The notes beneath the pieces were generated by a model, which did not search any database, was not told the origin of the DNA, and saw only the letters and a program-made list of their open reading frames with translations. Of a DNA stretch of 64,000 nucleotides, positions 34,317-43,178 are shown piece by piece. The first letter of the stretch is position 1, and every line of letters begins with the position of its first letter. Source of the DNA: an uncultured delta proteobacterium (GTDB lineage: Bacteria; Desulfobacterota; Desulfomonilia; UBA1062); the NCBI GenBank assembly GCA_963752595.1, contig CAVVYZ010000001.1:256001-320000 (forward strand), given 5' to 3'. Both the position numbers and the translations under genes were made by a program.

Positions 34317-34832
34317 TTAATAATACCACCACCAGGGGTCATAGAAAGGGTAGATAGGATAAGCCGGGTACATGCTCTGCACCTGAATCGGCCAGAGGCG
34401 GTACTCCTGCATGTCGACAACCGGATAGGTATAGGTGTACTCGCCGATCTGTGAAGACTCGCTGCCTGCAATCCTGCCCGCCACGGTGATGTCCCTGCCC
34501 TGGCAGAATACTGCAGGGTCGAGGAAGCCGTTATATCTGGCCAGAAACCTCCCGCGGGTAGTATCCACATCCTTGGGTCTTTTCTGGCTGTCGTACGGCC
34601 TTTCGAGGACCTCGATCACAGTGCCTTTCTCCCGCGGCAGGGTGCTCAGGATTACTCCGCCCCACATGACAAGGGTTCCCTGGTATGCCTTCTGGTTTAC
34701 CACTACCTTATCGAGCGTAATGGATTCATCCACCTGTTTTTTTATTCCTTCCGAGAAGGGCGTTGCGCAGCCCGCCGCGAGCAGTACGGTTATGAGAAGT
34801 AATGAAATCAGGAGATACCCTGTCCTTGTCAT
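34317..34832 (-). CDS. slp: Slp-family outer membrane lipoprotein
   Basis: LAAGC lipobox, VMWGGVI, GRFLA...FLDPAVF, ITVAG...YTYPVV, YRLW. Confidence 0.85.
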   Translation of the reverse strand: MTRTGYLLISLLLITVLLAAGCATPFSEGIKKQVDESITLDKVVVNQKAYQGTLVMWGGVILSTLPREKGTVIEVLERPYDSQKRPKDVDTTRGRFLARYNGFLDPAVFCQGRDITVAGRIAGSESSQIGEYTYTYPVVDMQEYRLWPIQVQSMYPAYPIYPFYDPWWWYY

Positions 34833-34928
34833 ATGAGATCCTCCCTTAAGGGCCTATGCCCTTGTAAAGACATCATAACTCTTCACCTTTGCGAATCAAG
34901 GCCAAGGAGCATACACAGGTGTATTGAT

Positions 34929-35594
34929 TCAATGATGGGAAAGAATCGGCCAGCCTCTCTTCAAAGCCACACGCCTGAGCCTTCTGGTGGGCTCCACTGC
35001 ATAGGGATTGCCTACCATTTCGAGCATCGGGATATCCGCGTGGTGGTCACCGTACGCATAGGAATTGGCCAGATCGATGTTGAGCGTTTCGGAGAGCTCG
35101 AGTGCCGCCTTCTTTTTGTTCTTGCCCGTACAGACGTACCCGTGGGGTGCGCCGGTAAGCAGCCCGTCGTTGCCCACCCTGAGGTCGGTGCATATCAGAT
35201 GGTCGAACCCGAGATCGTTCACCACAGGCTTCAGGAGGTAGCGCACCCCTGCAGAGATCATCACGAGGACATGTTCCAGCTGCTTGTGTGCTTGAACCCG
35301 TGAGAGGATATTGGGGGCGAGGTGTGGTTTGAGAACTTCGAGGTAATAGCTTTCCGAGCCCTGCTCGAAAGGGGTGAGGTTCCGTTTCCTGTAAAACGAA
35401 AGAAGGAGCCTCGCCATAACGGTTTCCGATATGAGGTTCTTCTGGTAGAACCAGTTGGCAAAGGCGATCTTCATCACATACGGCAGGGAAACCTCGCCTT
35501 TATCCCACAGATAACGGATTCCGAGCTTGGGACTGTTTTCATCCAGCAGGGTGCGGTCAAAGTCAAAGAACGCTGCAATCGGCCTTGATCCCAT
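34929..35594 (-). CDS. HAD-IB family hydrolase
   Basis: AAFFDFDRTL, ISAG, SYAYGDHHADIPMLEMVGNP. Confidence 0.88.
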   Translation of the reverse strand: MGSRPIAAFFDFDRTLLDENSPKLGIRYLWDKGEVSLPYVMKIAFANWFYQKNLISETVMARLLLSFYRKRNLTPFEQGSESYYLEVLKPHLAPNILSRVQAHKQLEHVLVMISAGVRYLLKPVVNDLGFDHLICTDLRVGNDGLLTGAPHGYVCTGKNKKKAALELSETLNIDLANSYAYGDHHADIPMLEMVGNPYAVEPTRRLRRVALKRGWPILSHH

Positions 35595-35915
35595 GAAATT
35601 CCCTTCAAGATAAGTTTGGTCGTATAGTATACATATAGGAGCTGCCTGGCAAGGCTCCAGACTTGAAAAGGATCGAGTACGGGTGTGGCCGGCAAATTTA
35701 TCCGGAACATGGTATTTTACCGGCACTGTTGTGCATGAGGTCCTGCATTCCGTCTGCCCGTACAGGAGGCTGAAGCCCGGCGTATTGCAGGGGATACTCA
35801 TTTAAGAGGAGGAAAAAATGAAAAGATTGCCGGCCTGTCTGCTGCTCGGGTCAATGGTGCTGCTGCTTGCAGGGTGTGGGTCAACGCCGAACACAACCCC
35901 GCACCAAACACTTAT

Positions 35916-36285
35916 TGAGGTTCTCTTCATCATTCTTCCCGAAGAGAGATGCAAGCGAGTGGTTGCCCTCTCTTCGAAGAATGCGACCTAGAAACAATGC
36001 CGTTCTCCCTCGTGCCGTCCCAGTCAAACGCCGGGGTGCTGTTCTTCCCAGTTAGGCGCGGGTTCGGGTAAGGGGCAGAACCTGACCAACAAGAGCATGT
36101 ATCGAAGGAGCGAGACGGATCTCCAATCAAGCGCAACAGGCTGCGGGGTACCAATCGGGCACATCCTTTTTCAAGCACTCTTATCATGCAAGGATATTCT
36201 ATTCCCTTTCTGATCGAGGTGAATGCGTGCTCCATCCCCATATGGCTCCAGTTAGGCGTCGGACTGATCCGTCTCCTCCAATTCT
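35916..36285 (-). ncRNA. Candidate bridge/seek RNA in the IS110 non-coding end
   Basis: Twice-repeated CGCCTAACTGG (minus strand), 10-bp IR GAGACGGATC/GATCCGTCTC and a long hairpin at about 35931-35983; function inferred from IS110 biology. Confidence 0.55.
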
Positions 36286-37330
36286 TTAGTGGCTCAAGAA
36301 CTTCTCAGTATCGAAAGCCTCTTTGTTTTTCAGCAGGAAATAGACAGCTCTTCCGAGCTTGTGGGCAAGGATGGAGAGAGCTTTTCCTTTGCCGTGTTTA
36401 TGGGTAAGCCGGTCGAGGTATTTCTTTGCTGGTTCATTGCCTTTGATAAAGAGTACGGATGCTTCACTGAAAGCCCACTTGAGATGAGCATTGCCGATCT
36501 TATTGCCGCTGGTACCGTATTTTTTCCCATTGGATTCTTTGTTACATTTAACAAGACGGGCATATGAGGCAAAGTCCTGGACAGTTGCGAATCGATTAAT
36601 GGTCTCTATTTCATAGAGCATGACAAGAGCGAGGATTCTGCCGACTCCTGGGATGGTTTGCAGAAGAGTCATAGGAAAGGGGATCATGTCCATTGGCGAT
36701 CTTTATGATCTCTCGCTCGAGCGGGAGGATGATGCGGTCATAGGCTTCGATCATGGCAAGGTCCACTTCCATGTTCTTCTTCACACTTCGATCGTCGAAT
36801 CGCTCGACAACGCCCTCTCTGTTCTTCGGCTTGGCAATGCGGCCGAGAGGTTCCGGCAGGTTGTACTGGCTGTTGGTGTTCTGGATATGGGCAAAGAGCT
36901 CGGCTCGCTTCCTCATCAGATGATTTCTCCTCCTCAGGAGATCCCTGGTGGCGCGCATCTTCGCCGGATAGACATAGGCCTGGGGCAGCATGCCGCCCCT
37001 AAGGAGCACGGCAATCTTATGGGAATCGATCTTGTCGTTTTTGCTCTTTCCGCCATGGATTGCTTTCATATAGAGAGCATGGCCGAGGATAAAAGGAATG
37101 CCTTCTTTGGCGCACAGATCGGCTACCCAGTACCAGGTGAACATGCACTCTGCAGCTACAACGATGTCCTCACGAAAGGGAGCGATGAGCTCAAGAAAAG
37201 CGTCTGCATCTGTATTCATGTTCCGGTGAACCATGATATCTCCTGTGCTTCTGAGAATGCACACATACATTTTTTTGGTGTGCAGATCGATTCCACAATA
37301 AAATTTGTGCTGTTTGGTGTAGAATCTCAT
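36286..37330 (-). CDS. IS110-family transposase/recombinase (one frameshift near 36690)
   Basis: YCGIDLH, AAEC, KNDKIDS DEDD residues; LQTIPGVG, ESNGK serine motif, KIGNAHLKWAF, AHKLGRAVY. Confidence 0.92.
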
Positions 37331-37703
37331 TTAAGCCTCCTCCTTGGTTGGTTTTTGGTGTTGGTCCAGCAAATATACCACCCATTCGAGGAGGCCTTAC
37401 AACAAGGGGATGATAACGACCCGGTTCCAGGATATCAAACCGAACGAAGCGCCGACCAATTACGACATGTTCGGTCCCGGAGAAGTTCCCAGCATCTACG
37501 TGAGCGGGTACGACGCCCAGACCGTCACCATTGAGGTTTACGACATTTCGACGGGTGACCTCGTAAAAAAATACACCTCCTATGTCCCCCAGGGCAAAGA
37601 TTACTACTGGATATGCTCTGACCTGGAGTCCGGCTCTTACAAGGCCATTGTCAGCATCGGGGGCGTGTCCCAGGACATGAAGCTCTTCAACGTCCGCAGG
37701 TGA

Positions 37704-37819
37704 CCCCTCTCCCTTGCCCTCTCCCCCGTTTCAGGGGGAGAGGGTGTGGGGGTCGGAGACCTCGCCGGGCCGGAAGCCCCTCTCCCCCGGAAACGGGGGA
37801 GAGGGTGGGGTGAGGGGGG
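37704..37819. repeat. Pair of REP-like palindromes
   Basis: Two CCCTCTCCCCC-N-GGGGGAGAGGG hairpins in inverted arrangement. Confidence 0.7.
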
Positions 37820-38052
37820 CAAAGTTGACAAGACCCTAGCTTCTCTCCCCGGCATGCTGATATCCATGATCACCACATGCGGGTTGAGCCTGCGGGCGAG
37901 ATCGACTTGATAATGCGAAGATTCATAAACAGATATCCAAGGATTTCATTTCCTTGCAATGAAGCCTGTAAGGTGATTTAAGTAAACTCTGAGATTACAC
38001 GATCCAGCATGGATGGCATCGTATCCATTATCAGGAGAGGAGCGAAAAAGCG

Positions 38053-38832
38053 ATGAAGGTGCGGATCTCTATGGCTCGAAGTTACACGCCGGGTATTATT
38101 ATTATATTGCTCGTGTCATGTCTGCTGCTTCCGGCATACGTGAAGGCAGAACAGCCGGGATGTATGGAGGGTGACTGCGTTGCAGGGTCCGGCACCTACG
38201 TGTATCCCGACGGTTCGAAATACATCGGCGAGTTCAAGGACCGGATGCCCGAAGGCAAAGGACGGCTCTATTACTCGAACAAAAGTTTCTACTCCGGGGA
38301 ATTCAAGAAGGGAAAGAAAAACGGGACAGGAACCTTCTCCGGCCCGAACAACCGGCATTACGAGGGCGGTTTCAAAGATGACAAGCTCGACGGGAGAGGG
38401 ACGTACAAATACGGCGACGGCATGGTTTACCAGGGAGACTTCCGGGATGACAAATGGAACGGCTACGGCGATGTGACCTTCCCGGACGGCAAAAGATACG
38501 AAGGCAGCTTCAAAGACAACAAGCGCCACGGAACCGGAAGGTTCACCTGGCGGGACGGCCAGACCTATGACGGCGGGTTTGTGAATGACAAGATGGAAGG
38601 CAGAGGCGTCCTCACCTTCCCGGACGGCTCCAGATATGATGGTGACTTCAAGGATAATGTCTATGACGGGGAAGGGAAATTCTTTTATCCGGACGGAAAG
38701 ATCTTCACCGGCAGGTTCAAGGCAGGATATGCCGACGGGAAGGGGACCATTACCTATCCCGACGGCCGTGTCATGGAAGTCGAATACTCCAAGGGTGAGC
38801 CCGTCGGAAAGCCCAAGCCCAAGGCCCCGTAA
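38053..38832 (+). CDS. Secreted MORN-repeat protein
   Basis: Signal peptide, CMEGDC, about 9 repeats of the GxGxYxYxDGxxYxGxFK type. Confidence 0.9.
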   Translation: MKVRISMARSYTPGIIIILLVSCLLLPAYVKAEQPGCMEGDCVAGSGTYVYPDGSKYIGEFKDRMPEGKGRLYYSNKSFYSGEFKKGKKNGTGTFSGPNNRHYEGGFKDDKLDGRGTYKYGDGMVYQGDFRDDKWNGYGDVTFPDGKRYEGSFKDNKRHGTGRFTWRDGQTYDGGFVNDKMEGRGVLTFPDGSRYDGDFKDNVYDGEGKFFYPDGKIFTGRFKAGYADGKGTITYPDGRVMEVEYSKGEPVGKPKPKAP

Positions 38833-38855
38833 GCGAAGAGCAATAGCGTTTCTTT

Positions 38856-40190
38856 TTAGATATCTTTCAAGCGCACGTTCGCATCCGATTTCTCCACCAG
38901 GCCTCTGAACGCCTTGAGGGATTTCGAGATGCGCTCCAGGGATTCCGTCTTTGCGACAGGAATGGTATCGATTCCGGCATTCTCCAATGCATCGATCACG
39001 TAAGAGATGGTGAAGGCATCGATATCACGGGACGGGTGATAGCCGGTTCCATCCCGGTTGTCCTTCTGGACGGCGATAATCAGCCCGCATTCGGAAAGCG
39101 CCCGGAGTATTTCGCAAACTGTGCCGGGAGGAATTTCGAGATTCTTCGACAGCCTGTTCGCGGTGAAAGGCTTCCCGCCATCCTTAAAGTTCATAATCAG
39201 GGAATGGATGATCTGGAGGCTCAGGAGCTTGCGGAAGGAGTGGCTGATTTTCTTGGTTTCAGCCCCGAACAGGTAGCTCTCTTCATTCTGATGGGAATCG
39301 GTGAGCTCCGCGCCGAACAGCACGATCAGCCAGCTTAAGTTGAGCCAGATGAGGAAAAGAGGCAGCGCTGCAAAGCTCCCGTAAATCGCATTGTAGCGGG
39401 ATACTCCTATCTGGAAAGTGATGTAGATCCACTGAAGGATGACGAAGATCGTTCCTGCTATGATCCCTCCCAGGATCCCTGAAGACAGCTTCACCTTGGT
39501 ATTGGGGATGAAGACGTACATGAACGTGAGCAGTATCCATATGAGGATATACGGCACGATCTTGATGATGAGGGTGATAATGGGGGAGATGACCGCCAGT
39601 ACCCCGATCTTCTCGAGGATATTATTGACCTCGCCCGCAACGAGGACCATGGCGGAGCTCGATATGATCAGGAGCACCGGGCCGATGAGCATCAGCGAGA
39701 GGTAGTCGCTGAGCTTTCTTCCGATCGTGCGCGACCTTTTGATCTCCCAGATATTGTTGAATGCCGATTCTATTGTCTGCAGGATCTGGAAGACGGCCCA
39801 GATAAGGAAGATCGCCCCTACGCCCGCCAGGATTTCCCCCTTGGTGTTTTCCAGCAGGTTGTGCGAGTAGGTCAGGAGCCGGCTGGTCACCTCTTCCTGG
39901 CCGACAAACTGCTCTTTGATCAGTTTCTCGAGGTGCTGCTGGATGCCGAACCCCTTGGCAACGGCAAACGCCATGGCAAAGATCGGGACGATGGAGAGCA
40001 GCGAGAAAAACGTCAGCGATGATGCCCATAAGGTGCAGTTGTCCTTTATGTATTCCTTGGATGCAATGATGGATATCCGTAAGTACCGGATGAAGAATCT
40101 TCTCGGCCCGTGGAGATCCTCCATGCGGATTCTCCAGATGTCGACCTTCAGAAACTGCGTGACATCCGATATCTTTCCGGTAATGTCCAT
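38856..40190 (-). CDS. YihY/BrkB family membrane protein with C-terminal HTH-like extension
   Basis: ASSLTFFSLLSIVP, IESAFNNIW, YNAIYGSFAALPLFLIWLNLSWLIVLFGAE. Confidence 0.88.
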   Translation of the reverse strand: MDITGKISDVTQFLKVDIWRIRMEDLHGPRRFFIRYLRISIIASKEYIKDNCTLWASSLTFFSLLSIVPIFAMAFAVAKGFGIQQHLEKLIKEQFVGQEEVTSRLLTYSHNLLENTKGEILAGVGAIFLIWAVFQILQTIESAFNNIWEIKRSRTIGRKLSDYLSLMLIGPVLLIISSSAMVLVAGEVNNILEKIGVLAVISPIITLIIKIVPYILIWILLTFMYVFIPNTKVKLSSGILGGIIAGTIFVILQWIYITFQIGVSRYNAIYGSFAALPLFLIWLNLSWLIVLFGAELTDSHQNEESYLFGAETKKISHSFRKLLSLQIIHSLIMNFKDGGKPFTANRLSKNLEIPPGTVCEILRALSECGLIIAVQKDNRDGTGYHPSRDIDAFTISYVIDALENAGIDTIPVAKTESLERISKSLKAFRGLVEKSDANVRLKDI

Positions 40191-40303
40191 ACCGACCATC
40201 CTTATGATCAACAGTCCATAATAATTGACATAGTACTTTTTATATAAGTATTAGCAGGATGAATGCAAGGAGTTATCGCAATCGAATCCAGGAGGAGAGA
40301 CTC

Positions 40304-40570
40304 ATGGCGCACAATGTGATGCTCATAAACCGTAAGGACAATGTCGGGGTGGCCCTGATGAATATCCGGAAGGGCGAGAAGGTCCTGCTTTCCACAGGCT
40401 TTGAATTCGATGCCGTCCAGGACATTCCCTACAGCCACAAGGTCGCGCTCTGCGACATCAGGGCCGGCGAGCCGGTTTTCAAGTATGGCGAGATCATCGG
40501 TCATGCGCGTTCCGACATCGGCCTGGGAACCTGGGTTCACACCCACAACCTTCAGACCATGGAGGTGTAG
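40304..40570 (+). CDS. UxaA-family SAF-domain small subunit
   Basis: KDNVGVAL, IPYSHKVAL, VFKYGEIIG, WVHTHN. Confidence 0.88.
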   Translation: MAHNVMLINRKDNVGVALMNIRKGEKVLLSTGFEFDAVQDIPYSHKVALCDIRAGEPVFKYGEIIGHARSDIGLGTWVHTHNLQTMEV

Positions 40571-40573
40571 CTC

Positions 40574-41737
40574 ATGGAAAAGGCAACCTTCAACGGCTTC
40601 ATCCGGCCGGACGGATCGGCAGGCATCAGAAACTACGTTGCAGTCATCTCCACGGTATCCTGCGCCAACGGCGTCGTTTCCAACATCGCCCGCGCCGTGC
40701 CGGGCACTGTGCCGCTGCTGCACGCCCACGGCTGCGGCAGGGCACTTGAGGTCCCCATGCACATGAATACCCTGGCAGGCCTGGGAAAGAACCCGAACGT
40801 GGCAACAGCCCTCGTTATCGGCCTCGGGTGCGAGACCGTCCAGGCGAACGCCGTGGCGGCCGAAATCGCCAGGACAGGCAAACCCTGCGAGTATCTCGTC
40901 ATCCAGGAGCAGGGCGGATCGCGCAAGACTTTAGAAAAAGGGGTGAAGATCGTCCAGGCCTTTATGGAGGATGCAGCCGGAATGGAGAGGCGCGAATGCC
41001 CCCTCGACCTCCTCACCATCGGCCTCGAATGCGGCGGGTCGGACGCCTTCTCGGGCATCACGGCAAACCCCGCGGTCGGCCTGGTATCCGACTGGCTGGT
41101 GGGGCAGGGCGGGACCGTGATCCTCACCGAGTCCACCGAGCTGATCGGCACCTCCCACATCCTTTCCCGCAGGGCAAAGAACCCCGAGGCAGCAGCAAAG
41201 GTGGAGCAGGTTATCTCCAAGGCGTACAAGGCCACCCGCGACATCCTGGGCGAGCTCGCCACCTATGTGATCGCACCGGGAAACATGGACGGGGGCTTGA
41301 GCTCCATCAGCGAGAAGTCGCTCGGATGCATCGCAAAAGGGGGCAGCTCGGCCATCACGGAGGTGGTGGACTACGGCCGGGCGCCCAGAGAAAAAGGCCT
41401 CATCATCATGGATGCCCCCGGCTACGACACCGAGTCCATGGCAGCCCTCGCAGCGGCAGGGGCCCAGCTTATCATCTTCACCACGGGCCGCGGCACACCC
41501 GTAGGCTTCCCCATCGTGCCCGTGATCAAGGTGGCGAGCACGAGCAGGCTCTATGAGCTCATGGAAGACGACATGGACGTGAATGCGGGGACGGTCCTCG
41601 AAGGCAGCACCCTTGAAGACGTAGCAGCCGAGCTTCGCACCCTCGCCGTGGATGTCATGAACGGGGCGCAGCCCAAGGCCGAGCAGAACAATCAGGGCGG
41701 CATTGTCTGCCTTGCTGCGATGACACCGGCGTTTTAG
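40574..41737 (+). CDS. UxaA/GarD/SuyB-family dehydratase large subunit (substrate unknown)
   Basis: GIRNYV, HAHGCG, GLGCE, LECGGSDAFSGITANP, EKSLG, FTTGRGTP. Confidence 0.88.
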   Translation: MEKATFNGFIRPDGSAGIRNYVAVISTVSCANGVVSNIARAVPGTVPLLHAHGCGRALEVPMHMNTLAGLGKNPNVATALVIGLGCETVQANAVAAEIARTGKPCEYLVIQEQGGSRKTLEKGVKIVQAFMEDAAGMERRECPLDLLTIGLECGGSDAFSGITANPAVGLVSDWLVGQGGTVILTESTELIGTSHILSRRAKNPEAAAKVEQVISKAYKATRDILGELATYVIAPGNMDGGLSSISEKSLGCIAKGGSSAITEVVDYGRAPREKGLIIMDAPGYDTESMAALAAAGAQLIIFTTGRGTPVGFPIVPVIKVASTSRLYELMEDDMDVNAGTVLEGSTLEDVAAELRTLAVDVMNGAQPKAEQNNQGGIVCLAAMTPAF

Positions 41738-41772
41738 GAAAGACTGATTTCCGATCGTTCCTCGTGCGCCTG

Positions 41773-41810
41773 TTGATTTCATGGTGCTATGACGTTATAA
41801 TGCCATAGCA
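41773..41810 (+). promoter_or_regulatory. Sigma70 promoter and operator of the TA module
   Basis: TTGATT-N17-TATAAT with inverted repeat TGCTATG...CATAGCA flanking the -10. Confidence 0.7.
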
Positions 41811-41828
41811 GCAAAAGGAGGTGTTTCC

Positions 41829-42062
41829 ATGACAATGCAAGCGAAAAGGTCCACCATATATCTTGATCCCGACCTGCATAAGGCGTTGAAGTTGAAGGCG
41901 GTTGAAACCTCCCGATCCGTATCGGACCTGGTGAACGAGGCCGTCAGAGAATCCCTTGCAGAGGATGCCGAAGACATTCAGGCCTTTGAGGAACGGGTGT
42001 CGGAACCTCTGATCAGCTATGATGAAATGGTCAAGAGGCTGAAAAAAGATGGCCGCATATAA
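41829..42062 (+). CDS. Ribbon-helix-helix (CopG-like) antitoxin
   Basis: KRSTIYLDPDLHKALK...SVSDLVNEAVR, acidic C-terminus; overlaps the toxin gene. Confidence 0.85.
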   Translation: MTMQAKRSTIYLDPDLHKALKLKAVETSRSVSDLVNEAVRESLAEDAEDIQAFEERVSEPLISYDEMVKRLKKDGRI

Positions 42063-42306
42063 GGTCTTTTTCAAGAGATCCGTTGAAAAAGATTTCGAAT
42101 CCATCCCGAAAAAAGACCTCAGGAAAATCCTTGCCCGTATCGAGTCCCTCACGGAAGACCCCCGCCCTTCGGGCAGCGAAAAGCTGACCGGGCTGGAAAG
42201 GTATCGCATCCGTCGGGGACGGTATCGTATCCTGTATTCGATCCGGGATGATGAGCTGACAGTGTGGGTAGTCAAAGCAGGTCATCGGAAAGATGTGTAT
42301 CGGTAA
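42049..42306 (+). CDS. relE: RelE/ParE-family toxin
   Basis: DPRPSGSEKLTG..RYRIRRGRYRILY...VVKAGHRKDVYR. Confidence 0.9.
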   Translation: MAAYKVFFKRSVEKDFESIPKKDLRKILARIESLTEDPRPSGSEKLTGLERYRIRRGRYRILYSIRDDELTVWVVKAGHRKDVYR

Positions 42307-42410
42307 GAATACAAAGGTATACGGCAGACAGCTTGCAACCACCAGCAGAAATACGGAGTGACAGGAAAAGAGTGAAGCCTCTGGAAAACTGACGGGAGAG
42401 GAGGGGTTTC

Positions 42411-42725
42411 ATGAAAAACAAAAAGAAAACCCGGAATGATGATCTTGTCCAGGCCATTGGCGAACTCGCGGCCAAGACCACCCAGCTTGCTCATAGAGCC
42501 GAACGGCTGTATGCCGGGGAAGTCGAGGATATCCTGCAGTCCGGATGCTGTGATCCAAGGCGCATCGAGCACGTGCTCGACGGTATCCTTGATTTTTGTT
42601 CCGATGATTCAATGTTGCGTTTATTCAAAAAGCTCTGTCGCTACTATTATCAGATCGACCCTGCAGCAACGGCTTCATATGTCAATTTCTATCGGGAAAT
42701 GTGGGATGAGGAAGGGAAGAAGTAA
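42411..42725 (+). CDS. Hypothetical protein
   Basis: 104-aa ORF with GAGGAGG RBS; no family recognised. Confidence 0.65.
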   Translation: MKNKKKTRNDDLVQAIGELAAKTTQLAHRAERLYAGEVEDILQSGCCDPRRIEHVLDGILDFCSDDSMLRLFKKLCRYYYQIDPAATASYVNFYREMWDEEGKK

Positions 42726-43178
42726 GAACTGCCGTCCGTAAAGTGGGACACAAACCTGATAAAGAACCAGCACATGATTCAGATAAATAATTGTCTGAAC
42801 AATAATATAATAAAAACATCCTTGACGAGCTCGCCACCTTGCCTTGGATGCAATGAACAGATTCCAGATAAATGCAGAGCAGGACCGCCAGGATGACATA
42901 GTTTGCCTTGCCCCGATGACGCCTGCGTTTAACGATTGGAATAGATCTGCCAGCTTTTGACAAGTTATTGAATTGATGATATTGGTGATTTATCCACTTT
43001 GATACTCACCATGAAAACAGCAGCTTTTCCACAGAAAAGTTTTTTTGATCCACCTTATGCCCTCCTCTCACTGAAAAAGATGAAGAGAGAAAATGTAATA
43101 AATATTTTGGTAGGACACTATATGGGGGACCAGGTCTGGTAAATTATGCAGGCTGAGAGGATGAAAAGTAGATAACTG

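Larger units (their letters stand above)
35914..37414 (-). mobile_element. IS110-family insertion sequence (about 1.5 kb)
   Basis: DEDD transposase plus about 370-nt downstream non-coding end; ends inferred from host-frame reconstruction (AT at 35914-35915 and 37413-37414; alternative right end 37410-37411); no terminal IRs seen. Confidence 0.8.
35818..37703 (+). pseudogene. Small lipoprotein gene interrupted by IS110
   Basis: GAGGAGG RBS; MKRLPACLLLGSMVLLLAGC lipobox at 35818; removing the IS at the shared AT dinucleotide restores an open frame ...PHQTL-I-TTRFQDIKP...FNVRR* ending at 37703. Confidence 0.75.
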
